From the human T2T-CHM13v2.0 reference genome, Homo sapiens: a stretch of DNA of 64,000 nucleotides. The notes under the pieces were generated by a model. That model was given only the letters and a program-made list of their open reading frames with translations. It made no database searches and had not been told where the DNA came from. The stretch lies in assembly GCF_009914755.1 (NCBI RefSeq), contig NC_060926.1; one strand, given 5' to 3'. The position numbers and the translations under genes were made by a program. Shown piece after piece: positions 36,599-48,010 of this stretch (positions are counted from its first letter, which is position 1; each line of letters starts with the position of its first letter).

Positions 36599-38991
36599 GG
36601 GCAAGAAGGTGCTACACTCTGCAGCAGACAATACACTGCTCATCCCACAGGACACTAACGTGTAACACGTGGCCTTCAACAGAGACTGGGGAGTCACGGT
36701 ACATCTCTAACCCAGGGGAAGAGGCCGCTGTGCCTTCAAACGGTGGCTGTCACACTCCAGTGTCAGCAGAGGTGCTATTAACAGGGCACCCATGAGGAAC
36801 ACTTCCCGGGATCCCAATTCAGAAAGTCCACAGGATCATATTTCACCCTGCACACCCAGTCCCAGATGAGTCCAGCATCCGGGACCCTCAGATCACATTT
36901 TGAGGGTGAAAGGGAAAGAGAAGGAGGGAGGTCAAAAGGGAGACAGCGAGGAGGGAGGTGGGGAGAGAGGAAGGAAAGAAGGGAAGGAGAGGGGCCGGGA
37001 GGAAGGAAGAGCTTTGTTCCTAGTGCAGTTTCCCACTCACCACTCCCTCTGGAGCACCCACCAATCTGGGTCAGTGCAGCAGCCAACCCCCGAGGGCATG
37101 GCTGTGATGCCAACTCCTCTCCCACGTGGGTGCCACCTCCCATCAATCTCCCATCACCCCTTCCCAGCACCACAGCCAGGCCACAGCCATCAACCCAAAC
37201 CCCACTCCTCTGACCACCACACCCCACCCATTGCCAGCTGGAAAACTAGCCCCAGTGCTCACCTGGGAGCACCCTTGCTTTTCAACTGCCATACCTGCCT
37301 CTCTGTTCAATCCACGGCCCTGAGCTGGATGGAGGGTCCCGCAACAGACAGAATGGAATGGCCCTGCCATGCACCTGCCACATCTGCCACGCCCTTCCCG
37401 AGATGCTGCACAACACCCGTGTCCCCTCTGCAGTGCATGGGCAGCTGCAACTCCACTCTGTCCTCCTCAGGGTGCTCCCGGCAGCCCACAGGCCCCCAGG
37501 AAATGAGCCACCGGGATAGTGAGCCCTTGGTCATCCACCCAAAACACAGCACTCGTCCCTTTTCTAGCAGAGCAGGGTGACTTCACCACCCTATGGTCAC
37601 CAAGCACAGGGCATTCCCGACCCTGCGATGGGAGCGAAACATGAAAGCCCTGGAAAAATCGAGTTAGGAGAGAGGAGGAGGAGGGAAGGGCATTGAAGAC
37701 CATTTCCCATGCGAGAAACCACCCTCTGGACAAGGCAGGAACCAATTGGAAGACTCAAGCAACTCCCCAGACTCACTGGAACTCAGAATCCTGCACTTTG
37801 CAACCTCCATTACTGATTGTAAAAGTGGTGATATTTGTAAACAGCATCCTCACAGAAGGTTTCCCTTTGGTTTGTTTAATAATTACTGTTTAAAGAAAGT
37901 CATGACTTCATCAAAAAACAAAAACAAAACCCCAGATGCGGCATTTGAATAGTTCCTGGGGAAATTTAAGTCATGGAGAAAAGAAAGATCACGGGAAAAG
38001 AATCAACTGCATTATTTTTTTTAAAAATGGCCTAAATTAGAACAGATCTCAGGAATGGCTTCCTAAGATAGATTTCTGACAAATGAAAACACAACATGGG
38101 CTCACCCTCCTGGGAGAGATGGGGGCTCTGCGGTCGTGGTTGATGCGTTTAGTTTGTTTTGCTTTCGCGAAGTAGGAGCTCATTCACTCTTGATTCAATC
38201 CATCAGGAACACGAAAGCAGATTGTGTGCAGGGAGAGATCTACAAAACAGAGATTCCAGAACCTCAGCTGCCTCCCTTCCAATGGAGTCCACTGCTTTGA
38301 AGCTCTTCTTGAAGCACACATCTCTCTCCACCAAGGACCACACACAATGTGGTTGAGTCCCCTTCCACCAAACACCCTAAAACATGGGGGCCTCTGGGCC
38401 CCCTTAGGCTCCTGGAAAACCCCTTCTGAGATGACTTGGCAACTGGGGGCCCCGGGGCCTGGGAACCTTGGGTCAGGCACAGAGGCCAAGTGGCCCTGCA
38501 GCCGGTGCGGACCATTCAGGGCTGGCTTAGCGAGCGAGCGCAGGGCCCGCATTCACAGGCACAAAACCTCGCTGGTGGCACTGGGCACGCAGCCCTTCCT
38601 GTCGCCAGACGAGACTTCCTCGACATTGCTCCCATACTAAGAAGCACCGCGTTTCATTCAACAAACCAAGTGTGGATTTGATAGCTGTAGTTACTATAGA
38701 GATGCGAGGTTTTCTGCAGGGGAAGGAGCCCTGGCGGCTTGACCCCGAATCCTTCACACAGCCCACAAAGTAGCCAGATGCTCCGAAAGAAATGATGGGA
38801 GCTGGACAGGAAATGACGGCCAAGGCAACAGCCTTGCTTTCCCATCTGCGTCGAGCCCGCCTTTGTTTTGCCATCTTTTCACCCCATTTTTAATGTATGC
38901 CATGTTCATATATTGTGATATCTTTATAAGCCATCAGAAACTCTTTTCTTGAATGAGGAGAGAGGTGATGAAATACAAGAAATGGAGTGAC

Positions 38992-39073
38992 CTGAAAGGA
39001 AATAAGCGGGTGGCTGCAGACTGACGAAGGTGGGAACTCTGGGTTCGCGGTGATGCTCCTGCATGCCTCTTAC
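38992..39073 (-). other. Candidate 82-nt GT-AG intron of a minus-strand transcript
   Basis: donor CAG|GTAAGA (GT at 39073-39072); acceptor cttatttcctttcag|G (AG at 38993-38992). Confidence 0.4.
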
Positions 39074-39156
39074 CTGGGGCCTCTGCGTTCTAGGCAGAGG
39101 CAACAGCGTCATGGACTTTAAAGAATTTCTAGCTTTGATGCCTGAAGTGCTTCTAG

Positions 39157-39375
39157 AGAGGTGTTCCTTTTTTTTGAGACAGAGTTTCGCTCTTGTTGCC
39201 CAGGCTACTAAGCAAAGAACTAACGTCAGAATTCCCTAGGGTGCCAAAAACACACCCACAAAACTAAAATCCACATCCCCAGGCCCCCACTGACTCTGTC
39301 TCAGGGGAGTAGGACCCCGAATCTGCACTTTCCCCAGGTAACTTGAGCTCAATGCAGCATGAGCACCGCTGCCCT
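39157..39375. mobile_element. MER5-like MITE, degraded
   Basis: tcagaattccctagggtg...ccccaggcccccactgactc...gaatctgcactttccccaggta...tgagcaccgctgccctaaa. Confidence 0.5.
39168..39206 (-). mobile_element. 39-bp Alu 3'-terminal remnant (Sp/Sq-like)
   Basis: ttttttttgagacagagtttcgctcttgttgcccaggct, then non-Alu sequence. Confidence 0.85.
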
Positions 39376-40689
39376 AAAAGGCAAGTGCCCAGCCCCTGCC
39401 ATCTGCCAGCAGCTGCCCCACGCTGACCGACTCTCTCCTCCCCACATCGAGGCCCCATAGGTTGGGCTCATGGCCTCCCTCGCCTCTCCCAACAACACCT
39501 GTGTAGCCTGGAAGCCACAGCTGTGTGATGCCCTCTTTCCTGACCCCTTGTGCATGGCCCTCCTTCTCCCATTCCCCCTCCCCGCTCAGGGCCCCCAGGG
39601 CCTTGCAGAAGTCCCACCCCAGCACGGGGACACTGTGGGGGCCCCAAGTGGCTCCAGGGTTAGTCACCTCCACTAGTCTGCCAGCTCCATCAACAGCCTC
39701 ATCCTGGTCTTCACTGAGCTGCAGACTAGGCCGGGTGCATAGCGAGTAAATGTTTGTTGAACAAACAGATGGGTCTTTATTACTTTCCTCCAGGAACTCA
39801 CTCACCCTGTGCTGCTCCCAACCCCAACACACAGCCTGTGACAAAACAAGGCCCCATGGAACCCTGGCTAGACTGCAGTTCGGGAGCCGTCTGCCTCTGG
39901 CTAGGTATTTCCATGTCTTTGAGTCTGGCTCCTACAGCAGCCTCTCTCTTTCTGTAATCAAAACGGGACTCATGCCGTGAGCCTCAGCTTAAATGCCACC
40001 TCCTCTAGGAAGCCTCCTTTGATTTCCTCCTATTCATTCCAAACATTTCCTGAGTGTCTGCACTCAAGGACTGCTGGGAAGCGCCTTGCTGCTTCCCTCC
40101 TCTGGCCTTTGTGGATGGCTCTTATTTTACTCCTGTGTCTTTGGAATTACATATCACACACATGCAACACATAAGCACACAAATACATGCACACACATGC
40201 ACTCACACACACCCTTCAACAGACGAGTGAGGACTGAGTCTTGCTCATTAGTCCAGAGATTTACAGGGAAAAGCTTCCCAGAAAGGTTTGTTGAATGAAG
40301 AAAGCATAGAAGGAAACCAGGCTCACAGAAGGGGAACCTGGGTAAGTCCAAGGAAGGGAAGCTAACAGCCTAAGCCTAGTGGCTTCTCTTGACTGTACCC
40401 TTACTAGTGACAAAATCAAAATCCACAGTTGTAAATGCCACAGCTGGGAAGCACAGCCAGGTGCATCTGGCTTGGGAGCCCACACCCTCCCCACAACCTC
40501 TCCTGCCCCAGCCCACCTGCAAATGGAGCAGCAGGGTCTAGAGCTGGCCTCCCCAGGGCTCTATGCTAACCACAGCGAGGCTCTGCGTGCGGGTCATGCC
40601 AGCTGCCTGGGACCCACAGGGGCGTCCGGGGCCACTGAGGGAGCAGAGTGAGAGGAACAGCTCCAGCACAGTGCTGGAATTCAGCCCGC

Positions 40690-40943
40690 CCAGAGTCCAT
40701 CAGCACAGTGCTGGAAGTCAGCACGCCTAGATGCCAACGTCGGGTTCTACCGCTGACTAGCTGCGTCTTGGCCATGTTATTTCACTTCTTTGTGCCTCAG
40801 TTTCCTCACTGGTAAAATGGAAAGAACAAGAAGAATAATGTCTACATTATGAGAGCGTTATGCCATTTCAGTGAGGTGATACTTGTGCCAGCTCCGCGAA
40901 GCCAGAGGCAGACAGCCTGCACTGAACGCTGGGGTGATGATTA
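40690..40943 (+). mobile_element. MIR
   Basis: ctagctgcgtcttggccatgttatttcacttctttgtgcctcagtttcctcactggtaaaatgg. Confidence 0.8.
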
Positions 40944-40949
40944 CATCAG

Positions 40950-41125
40950 CCACCACGTATCAAGCACCACCGTTCCGGCCCCTCTCTTATCCTTTGCTTA
41001 TTTAATCCCCACCACTAGCCTCTAAGGAAGTATTCACATCCCCATGTGCAGAGGAGAAATCGGAGGTGGTTTGACTTGCCCAGGGCCACCCAGGTAATGA
41101 GGGGTTTGGACCGAGGATCCCGGCC
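40950..41125 (-). mobile_element. MIR, tail-to-tail with the previous copy
   Basis: tttaatccccacc...catccccatgtgcagaggagaaatcggagg...tgacttgcccagggccac. Confidence 0.7.
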
Positions 41126-43546
41126 TCCACAGTTGTCACATGGCTGTCTGCCTTTTGCAGGTCAAAATTCCCCAGCCAGAGCCAGGTCCCCCGCAGAAGC
41201 TGTGTGTCCTGTCTGCAGCGGGAGGCCAGGCCTGCCTGGTGCTCACATTCCCCAGGTGGACTGTCTGGGAAGAACCGCCACCCCCTGGGCTTGTGGGAGT
41301 GAAGGCCTGTGCAAGGTGGTGGGGGAAGGGCGAGCCGGACAGAAAAGCCCCAGGTAATGTAAATGGAAACTCTAACCGACAGCCCTGCACCTGGTGTTTT
41401 TGCATTTCCCAATCCAGCTGAAGGGATTGTGTGTGCAGCTTTGAGCTCACTCCTAGGCCGAGGTCAGGTGTGGCCTGGAGGAAGCAAGCAGTGGCCCACG
41501 TCGCGAGACAGCCGGTCTGCACCGCAAAGCCACTTCACGTCCCAGCCTGGGAATTCTGGGATGGTGCTTGTTTCAACCCTGTCCCTTGGGTGACCTGGAA
41601 AACACCTGGGTGTCACCCCCACCTCAGCTCTAAGCCGGTCATTCCCGGCCAAAGCAGGAGAACTCTCTCAGCTCCAGGGAGGAAGGAGTGACGCCTGCTC
41701 ACCCTACAGACACGTGAGGGATTACAGGGAGGCCCAAAGCCACTTGTCCAGCTGCAAACTGCAAAGGTCACCCTCCGCACACTCTCTTCCCTGAAGCCCC
41801 TGCACGCCGCTGGGGACCGGAGCATGTGGTTCTCTCTAATGACAAATATGCGTGTCATCTACCCCCAAAATACAGCAATCGCCAGGAAAGCGAGGTTCCT
41901 GGAGCTGAAAGAATTTGCCCAAGGTCACACACAACCGGCAGAACCGGGACTTGCCAGGTCTGAACCCAAGGCTCCGGCACTTTCGCTGAGCCTATCTGTA
42001 CAGGAACTGCAGCTGCCGCAGTTTAGGGAAACCAGTCCGAATACGTGACCCAGCATCGGCCACCCGCTAGGGCCGCCAGAGTGAAAGCTAGGCCCTGGGG
42101 AAACCCCAGACACACAGGAGGCAGGGTCCCTGGCCTTGAACTACAATAAGTAGGTGAGCTGGGCAAACTGTGTGCAGCTGACTGGAGCCGGCCCCAGCTG
42201 CGTGCAGACGGACAGGTACATGCTGAGTGTCAGGGACACAGAAGAAGGAGGGGGCATGCAGCCAGCCGGTGCCAGTCTGAGAATGCTGATGCCCACTTCA
42301 GGTTCTGGAGAGGACCTGTGTCCAAGGAGGAAGGCGGGCAGCCAGTCTTGCCCACAGCTAAGACAAGGCTCTAAAACACAGCTATGGGTGGGGACATCGG
42401 CCTGGAGGCCTCCTAGCCCCCATCGGGCAAAGAGCACCTTTCACAGACACAAATGCATGACTGTGCTGGGCAGAAAGAAGGCCTGTGACTCACAGGCTTC
42501 TGCATCCCTGCAGACATAGTGTGCGGGGAGGCGTTTGGAGGCAGCCTCCCCCGCCAGCGGGCTGGTCTGTGGTGCCCTGAACTGCATTCACTCCCCACGG
42601 TAGTCTGAGCCCCCTCCCCACCACCAGAAAAGGTATAGCAAGCAGTGCAATGGGTTGGCTCATCCATCTACCACTTCCCCAAAATAGATTCCTGCCCGAG
42701 GGCTGTTCCAATGCAGGAGGCTGCTGGATTGAGCTGGCCTTGGTCCATGCACCCTCCTATCAGTTAGAACCCTTTCTCAGAGGTGCCTCCGGGAACCAGA
42801 TCATGTCACTGACAACTCTTCCCAGTAGCAGAAAGCTCAGGAGCTAAAAAGGCAAATATAGGCCAGATGTTGGCCAAGGGGCTTAGTGGTTGTTAAGAAA
42901 CGATCTCTGATTCAACTCCCAGCTAAGCTCGGCCAGACGGTCATCTGAGTGCCTCTTCCAACCTGTCCCCGAATTACGTGTTCCACAGGCCCCATTCTCT
43001 TGGGGTCTGAGGGGTGCCCTCACCCTGAGCGTCGGGTCCCTGCAGTCCAGGTTCCAGTCTCCTATGGATCCCGAGTCCAAATGAGGGACTCGGTTCCCAA
43101 AAGAGGAGGCTCTTTGCTTGGAGAGCAGCCCTCAGCCTGCGCTGACAGCACCTCCTCCGTTATCCGGCGCACTGCCAGGAGCTGCACCCACAGAGGAAAT
43201 GGGCCCGTGACATGAAAGCCCCAACAAAACCAACATCGGGTGGGTTATTTTTATCCTCCTAAAGATTTTTAGCCAAGACCCCGGCAGCTAAAGGGCATCT
43301 CGGGCTTTGAGGAGACTTCTCTGCAGCTCTCACTCCCACGCTCGGTGCCCTCCCTCCCCTAGCCCCCCCACCCCCGCCCCGGGAACTGAGAAAGTGGATC
43401 AGGTCAGAGCAGAGCATTCCTCATTCTGCCATCTCCACGGGAAAACTAATTAGTTGCCAAATATTCAGAATGGGTAATTGCTACCTGAATTAATAAGGGC
43501 AAACAGCCGGCAAGAAAACAGTGGTTTACTATTTCTGAGCGCTTAC

Positions 43547-43618
43547 CTCTCTTAACCCAGAGTCCAGACTCCGCGGGAATGGACCCACGTGTGGCATGAG
43601 GCAGAACTCCGGCTGGGG
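43547..43618 (-). ncRNA. Candidate 72-nt internal exon, probably of a non-coding transcript
   Basis: branch-point-like ccctcAc (A at 43644), tract tctgtgtcccccttttcggcag|, donor GAG|GTAAGC. Confidence 0.42.
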
Positions 43619-43710
43619 CTGCCGAAAAGGGGGACACAGATGGTGAGGGCAGCTCCTGCACTGGGGTCAGCTAAACAATGCTGTAGCGAAGTCACCATCT
43701 GTTTCCTCTT

Positions 43711-44061
43711 GCACACACGTATACACACACATAAACACACGTGCATGCACGGGCACACACAGGCATACCCCACACAAGTACACACATGCATGAACACATG
43801 TGCACATATACGCACATCACAAACAAGTGAGCACACACCAGCTACACCCTGCACACGTGCAGATACACATACCACACATTCACACTACACACACATGCAC
43901 ACTCTACACATGCCTGCACATACACCATACACACTCATTGTGCACACACTCCATACATCACACCACACATGTGCATGCACACACATTCACGTACCACAGG
44001 CACCAAACCACACACACAAAGCACACACACAACACACTCACACCATACACACACACTTACA
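43711..44061. repeat. Degenerate (CA)n-rich low-complexity tract
   Basis: about 350 bp of cacacac/catacac/catgcac variants; produces the His/Thr-rich ORFs. Confidence 0.92.
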
Positions 44062-44567
44062 CCCCAGGAACAGCCAAGGGTTCCAAGAAGAATGCATCAA
44101 GCCAGGATCCTCACCCAGGGTCTTCAGCAAGTCACCCCAAGTTCCTCAACTCTGACAAGGGGGCATTTAGAACAAACTAAGAGTGTTGTAGGCAGAGGAG
44201 GAAGAAACGGAGGGAAAGGAAAGTTGAGATGACACTGAAGAGGAGAGAGACGCCTAGAAAGGCTGGGAAGAGCCTGGCCACAGCCCCAATCTCCACTCCT
44301 CCTGCTTCCCTGAGGCACAGAGACTTCAGATGCACCCCCAGAGAGGCCCTCAGACCTAGCCCAATCACTACCGTGCTGTGTGACCTCAGACAAGTCACTT
44401 CACCTCTCTGAACCTAGGCTTCTGCTGATGTAAAAACGAGATGATTCCGTGCAGTCATTTAAACAGTTCGAATACAATGCCCTTCCAGAGGTTTCAGTTC
44501 AAGTTTGGGGTCATCGCAGTTACTCCCGACCTTTCAGCCCCTCCCCCATCCCTGCCAAAGTACTTAC

Positions 44568-44790
44568 CTTATTTGAATTAATGCTGACGACTCCACTGCC
44601 ACAGGACTTCCCCTTGAGCAGTCAGCCACAAGTCACTTCCTCCAGGGGTGGCCATGACTCTCTGGAGCACCTCCAACCCCATGTCACAGGCAGCTTGGCC
44701 GAGAGAACTCCAGCTGGGAAACTCCCGTCCAGTCCACGCAGGGAATCTGGCTCTGCATCTGGGTGGGTGGCCTGTGTGGCATCTGCCTCT
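44568..44790 (-). ncRNA. Candidate internal exon (223 nt; 231 nt if the AG at 44800-44799 is used)
   Basis: acceptor ccacttaattttccatcacagcttcacag|; consensus donor AAG|GTAAGT (GT at 44567-44566). Confidence 0.35.
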
Positions 44791-44839
44791 CTGTGAAGCT
44801 GTGATGGAAAATTAAGTGGGTTGATGATGTGCATACAAT

Positions 44840-45045
44840 GTTTTATTTAACAATGTGTTGTAAGGAGTTCTCATATCTGTACAGAGAGCTGCCTCTTTTT
44901 TTTAATGACCAAACAATAATTCTATTAAATGTCTGCATCATAATCTATTCCACTGAATCCCTTTTGAGGGACGTGTTTGGTATTTCCAGTCTTTGACCTT
45001 TACAAAAGTTGCTGTGACATATATGCTTATATGTGCTCATTTTGT
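44840..45045 (-). mobile_element. L1ME-type fragment
   Basis: gctgcctctttttttttaatgacc...tattaaatg...cataatctatt...tttccagtcttt...tacaaaagttgctgtga. Confidence 0.6.
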
Positions 45046-45379
45046 ATCAATAAAAAGTCACATGTGTATAGATATCTCTATATATCTTTAAAGATTCCTA
45101 TTTGCATGGAAGAACACTATACACCAAGTTATTAACCGTGGTTACTTCTGAGAGATGATTAGGGAAGAAAACTCCTTAAACTTTTTGTAAGCAAGTATTG
45201 CTTTATAATTTTAAAAAAGGAATGAGTAAGGGAGAAAAATAAAATGAAGTCACTCTTGTTAAACCTCTTAGAAGTGGTTTTATGAGCTGGAGTGGAGCTG
45301 GTAGAAGCAGCCCACATCAACACAGTGAGGAGAGCAAGGTCCCAGTGTTGGTCGGAGGGACCGAGAGCCACTGCCTGTC

Positions 45380-45550
45380 CTGGAGGTCGGCTCCCCGCAG
45401 GCTTCCAATCCTGGCTCTCTGTACTGACGGGAGTGCCCTGGCTGGTGCCCCATCTTGAAGGATTCAGTTTCCCCTTGTATAAAATGGGAAGGATAGGAAC
45501 ACCAGCCGGCAGGGCTGCTGTGAGATCGAGTGAACTAAAGCATGGGAATT
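45380..45550 (+). mobile_element. MIR
   Basis: tcagtttccccttgtataaaatggga...agggctgctgtgagatcgagtga. Confidence 0.7.
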
Positions 45551-45792
45551 GCAGATGAGCTGTCGTCAGCACACCTGTTCTTCCCTGCTTCCTGGTACAT
45601 GGCACAGAACACTCTTCTCTCCAAAGAGAAAAAGAAAAATCAAATTAATTGCTCCTCTCCAGCCTCCTACACCTTGAGGAGCAGGTAGCGGGGGAGGAGG
45701 GGTGGCCATTTACACATCCAGCAGCCTTTCTCCCTGCTGAGGGCATTCCTGACGACACCAGGGCTGGCAAACATGTCTAGAAATCTCAAGAT

Positions 45793-45954
45793 GGTTAATC
45801 ATTGAGACCATTCCCTTGGTGATCAATAAAATGGCAATAAACCCATCAGCCAATATTATTTTCAAGAGAGACTCAACAAGCCCAACACAGAAACACAGCA
45901 ACTCCAGGGTCCTACGAGCAGGAGGATTTTCAATCATCTCAATGGTGTTGATAA
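45793..45954. promoter_or_regulatory. Candidate endodermal enhancer motif cluster (HNF1, ONECUT, CDX/HOX13, GATA)
   Basis: GGTTAATCATTGA 45793-45805; ATCAATAAA 45822-45830; GCAATAAA 45834-45841; TGATAA 45949-45954. Confidence 0.4.
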
Positions 45955-46607
45955 AGAGATGTGTCCCTTTGCATGGATGGGTCCTAGGTTTGGGTGAGGA
46001 CTCCTGGGGACCCCAAGGGAGATCCAGAAGGGCCAGCGAATGCAACATGCAGCGAGCCTCACACATGTGCCCCACAGGGGTCCCAAACCCAGACTATTCT
46101 GCACAGTCCTCACTACCCAGCAGGCCACTGAGTTCTTGTCCCAACTCACCCACTGCTGTGGGACTCTGGCAAATCAACAACTTTAGCCAAACGCCCCAGT
46201 TTCCTCATCTGTAAAGAAACCTCACCTTCCTTGTGGGTTGCTGGGAGGATCGATGAGATGGAGCCGACAGAGGCTCGCGACAAGAGTTCAGGAAACACCT
46301 GTAATGGCTGCTGTTGTGAACACATGGCCACAGGTCCCAGAGGGTTGTTAGGGTGATCCGGTAGCACCTGTCAGTGAGATGATGCGTATACCATGAAAAG
46401 CTGTGCTGATGTACATGCGCATGACTAAGGACTTTTGTACCCTCGCCAGAGCCAGCCCTGTGATCCTATCCAGAGGAATCCCTAAGGCCGGGATGGAAGT
46501 CACCCAGAATCACTGTCGGTCACCAGATGACTCGCAACTCCGTTTCCTCCTGCCCTTGACTGGCTCCCTCCTTCCATCTCCCAGCAGACCCTGAGCCAGG
46601 TACTCAC

Positions 46608-46716
46608 CTGCCCTCTTCCTGCCCCAGAGTACATGTCTCTTGGACTCCCAGGCCACCCAGGGAACACCCTTTGGCCGTCTCTCAGGAAGCACTTTGAACA
46701 TCTCAAGTGCCCCGCT
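46608..46716 (-). ncRNA. Candidate 109-nt internal exon
   Basis: acceptor ctgtctttggtgttttccag|; consensus donor CAG|GTGAGT (GT at 46607-46606). Confidence 0.38.
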
Positions 46717-47724
46717 CTGGAAAACACCAAAGACAGTGCTTCCCATCCCACCCTTAAACCCAGTGACCTGTAGAAGTCCAACTCCAGCCCGCACAGTGCC
46801 TGGTGGACACAGCCACCGCCTGGAAGCCAAGCTTTGATCAGTGACTTCCTGGCCCACCAGGCCCCTGGGCCCCAAATTCATTTCTCAGGCAGGTGAGATG
46901 GCTCTCCCAATGCAGGTGGCTGAGACAAATTATGCCAGGAATTTGCACATTTATCCTACTCAGTAAAGAGTTGCACCTCTATAGCTCTCCCCCCATTTTA
47001 TTATGGGTTAATGTGGTTAAACATTTTAATTTTAGAAATAATTGCCAACAATTCAATAGCACACACTGGCTCCATGTCGCACAGTTCATGATTTCTCCAT
47101 GCACTGGGACAGGAATATTTTTAGGCCCTGTTCAAGTTACCCACCCTGGCTGCAGATGAAATATTAATTAAAGGTTACACTTTCAGCCTTCAGAAAATGA
47201 TTACTCAAGATAGCAATTATATTTTCCCCTTTTTGTATAATAACACTGCACCTTGCTGTGCAGAGGAATTAATAATTCTAAACCCTGTTGTTATAGAGGC
47301 AGCATCAAAGCTGAAGGAGGAGGCACATGCCCAAGAGGGGAAAACACAAACACGTTTAGACCCACAAAGAAAGTGGCTGACTTCAAAAGAGCAGGATTCT
47401 GCATTCAGCGCTGGGATCATTTCTCAAGGTCATTAATTGCTCTAGCTGTCTAAGAGCGTGGCCCAATTACAAAGAATACAGAGACACAGAAATTAGAACA
47501 GAACATAGTTGCAGCTCAGACTCCAGGTCACTAGGAAGCTCGGCAGATCCACAGCCTGGCATGCACCTGGAGCCCATCAGCCAACTCCTCCAGGTTCCTT
47601 CCAAGGGATTCAGACATCCGGGGCAGCCAACTGATTCAAGAACCAACAGTTCATAGCTTTCCAGGCAATTTCCACAGCGAGAAGAAAAAAGGAAGCTCAA
47701 GGCCTGGAAAATAGTAAAAAGAAT

Positions 47725-48010
47725 AGCTGCCATTTATTGAGTGTCAACTATGTACCAGGAAAACTCAGTGAGGCAAGAATTCCAATCTTCACTTTATAGA
47801 TAAAAGCACTAAAGTTCAGAAAGATTAAATGACTTGCCCAGGGTTACAGAGCGAATGGCAGAATTAGGACTCAAACCAACGGACCCACAATTGCATGAGG
47901 ACTGGGCTGTGCCAGTCTCATTTACTGTTGTACCCCACAGCCTATCTTGCATTGCACCTGGTGCATAGTAGGTGCTCAATAAATTTGACTTATTTAATGA
48001 ATGAACAACT
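47725..48010. mobile_element. Antisense MIR (to about 47890) followed by a sense L2 3' end
   Basis: actttatagataaaagcactaaagttcagaaagattaaatgacttgcccaggg; cctggtgcatagtaggtgctcaataaatttgacttatttaatgaatgaa. Confidence 0.8.

Noticed and set aside
43552-44232. His/Thr- and Cys/Val-rich ORFs
   Set aside because: Translations of the degenerate CA repeat.
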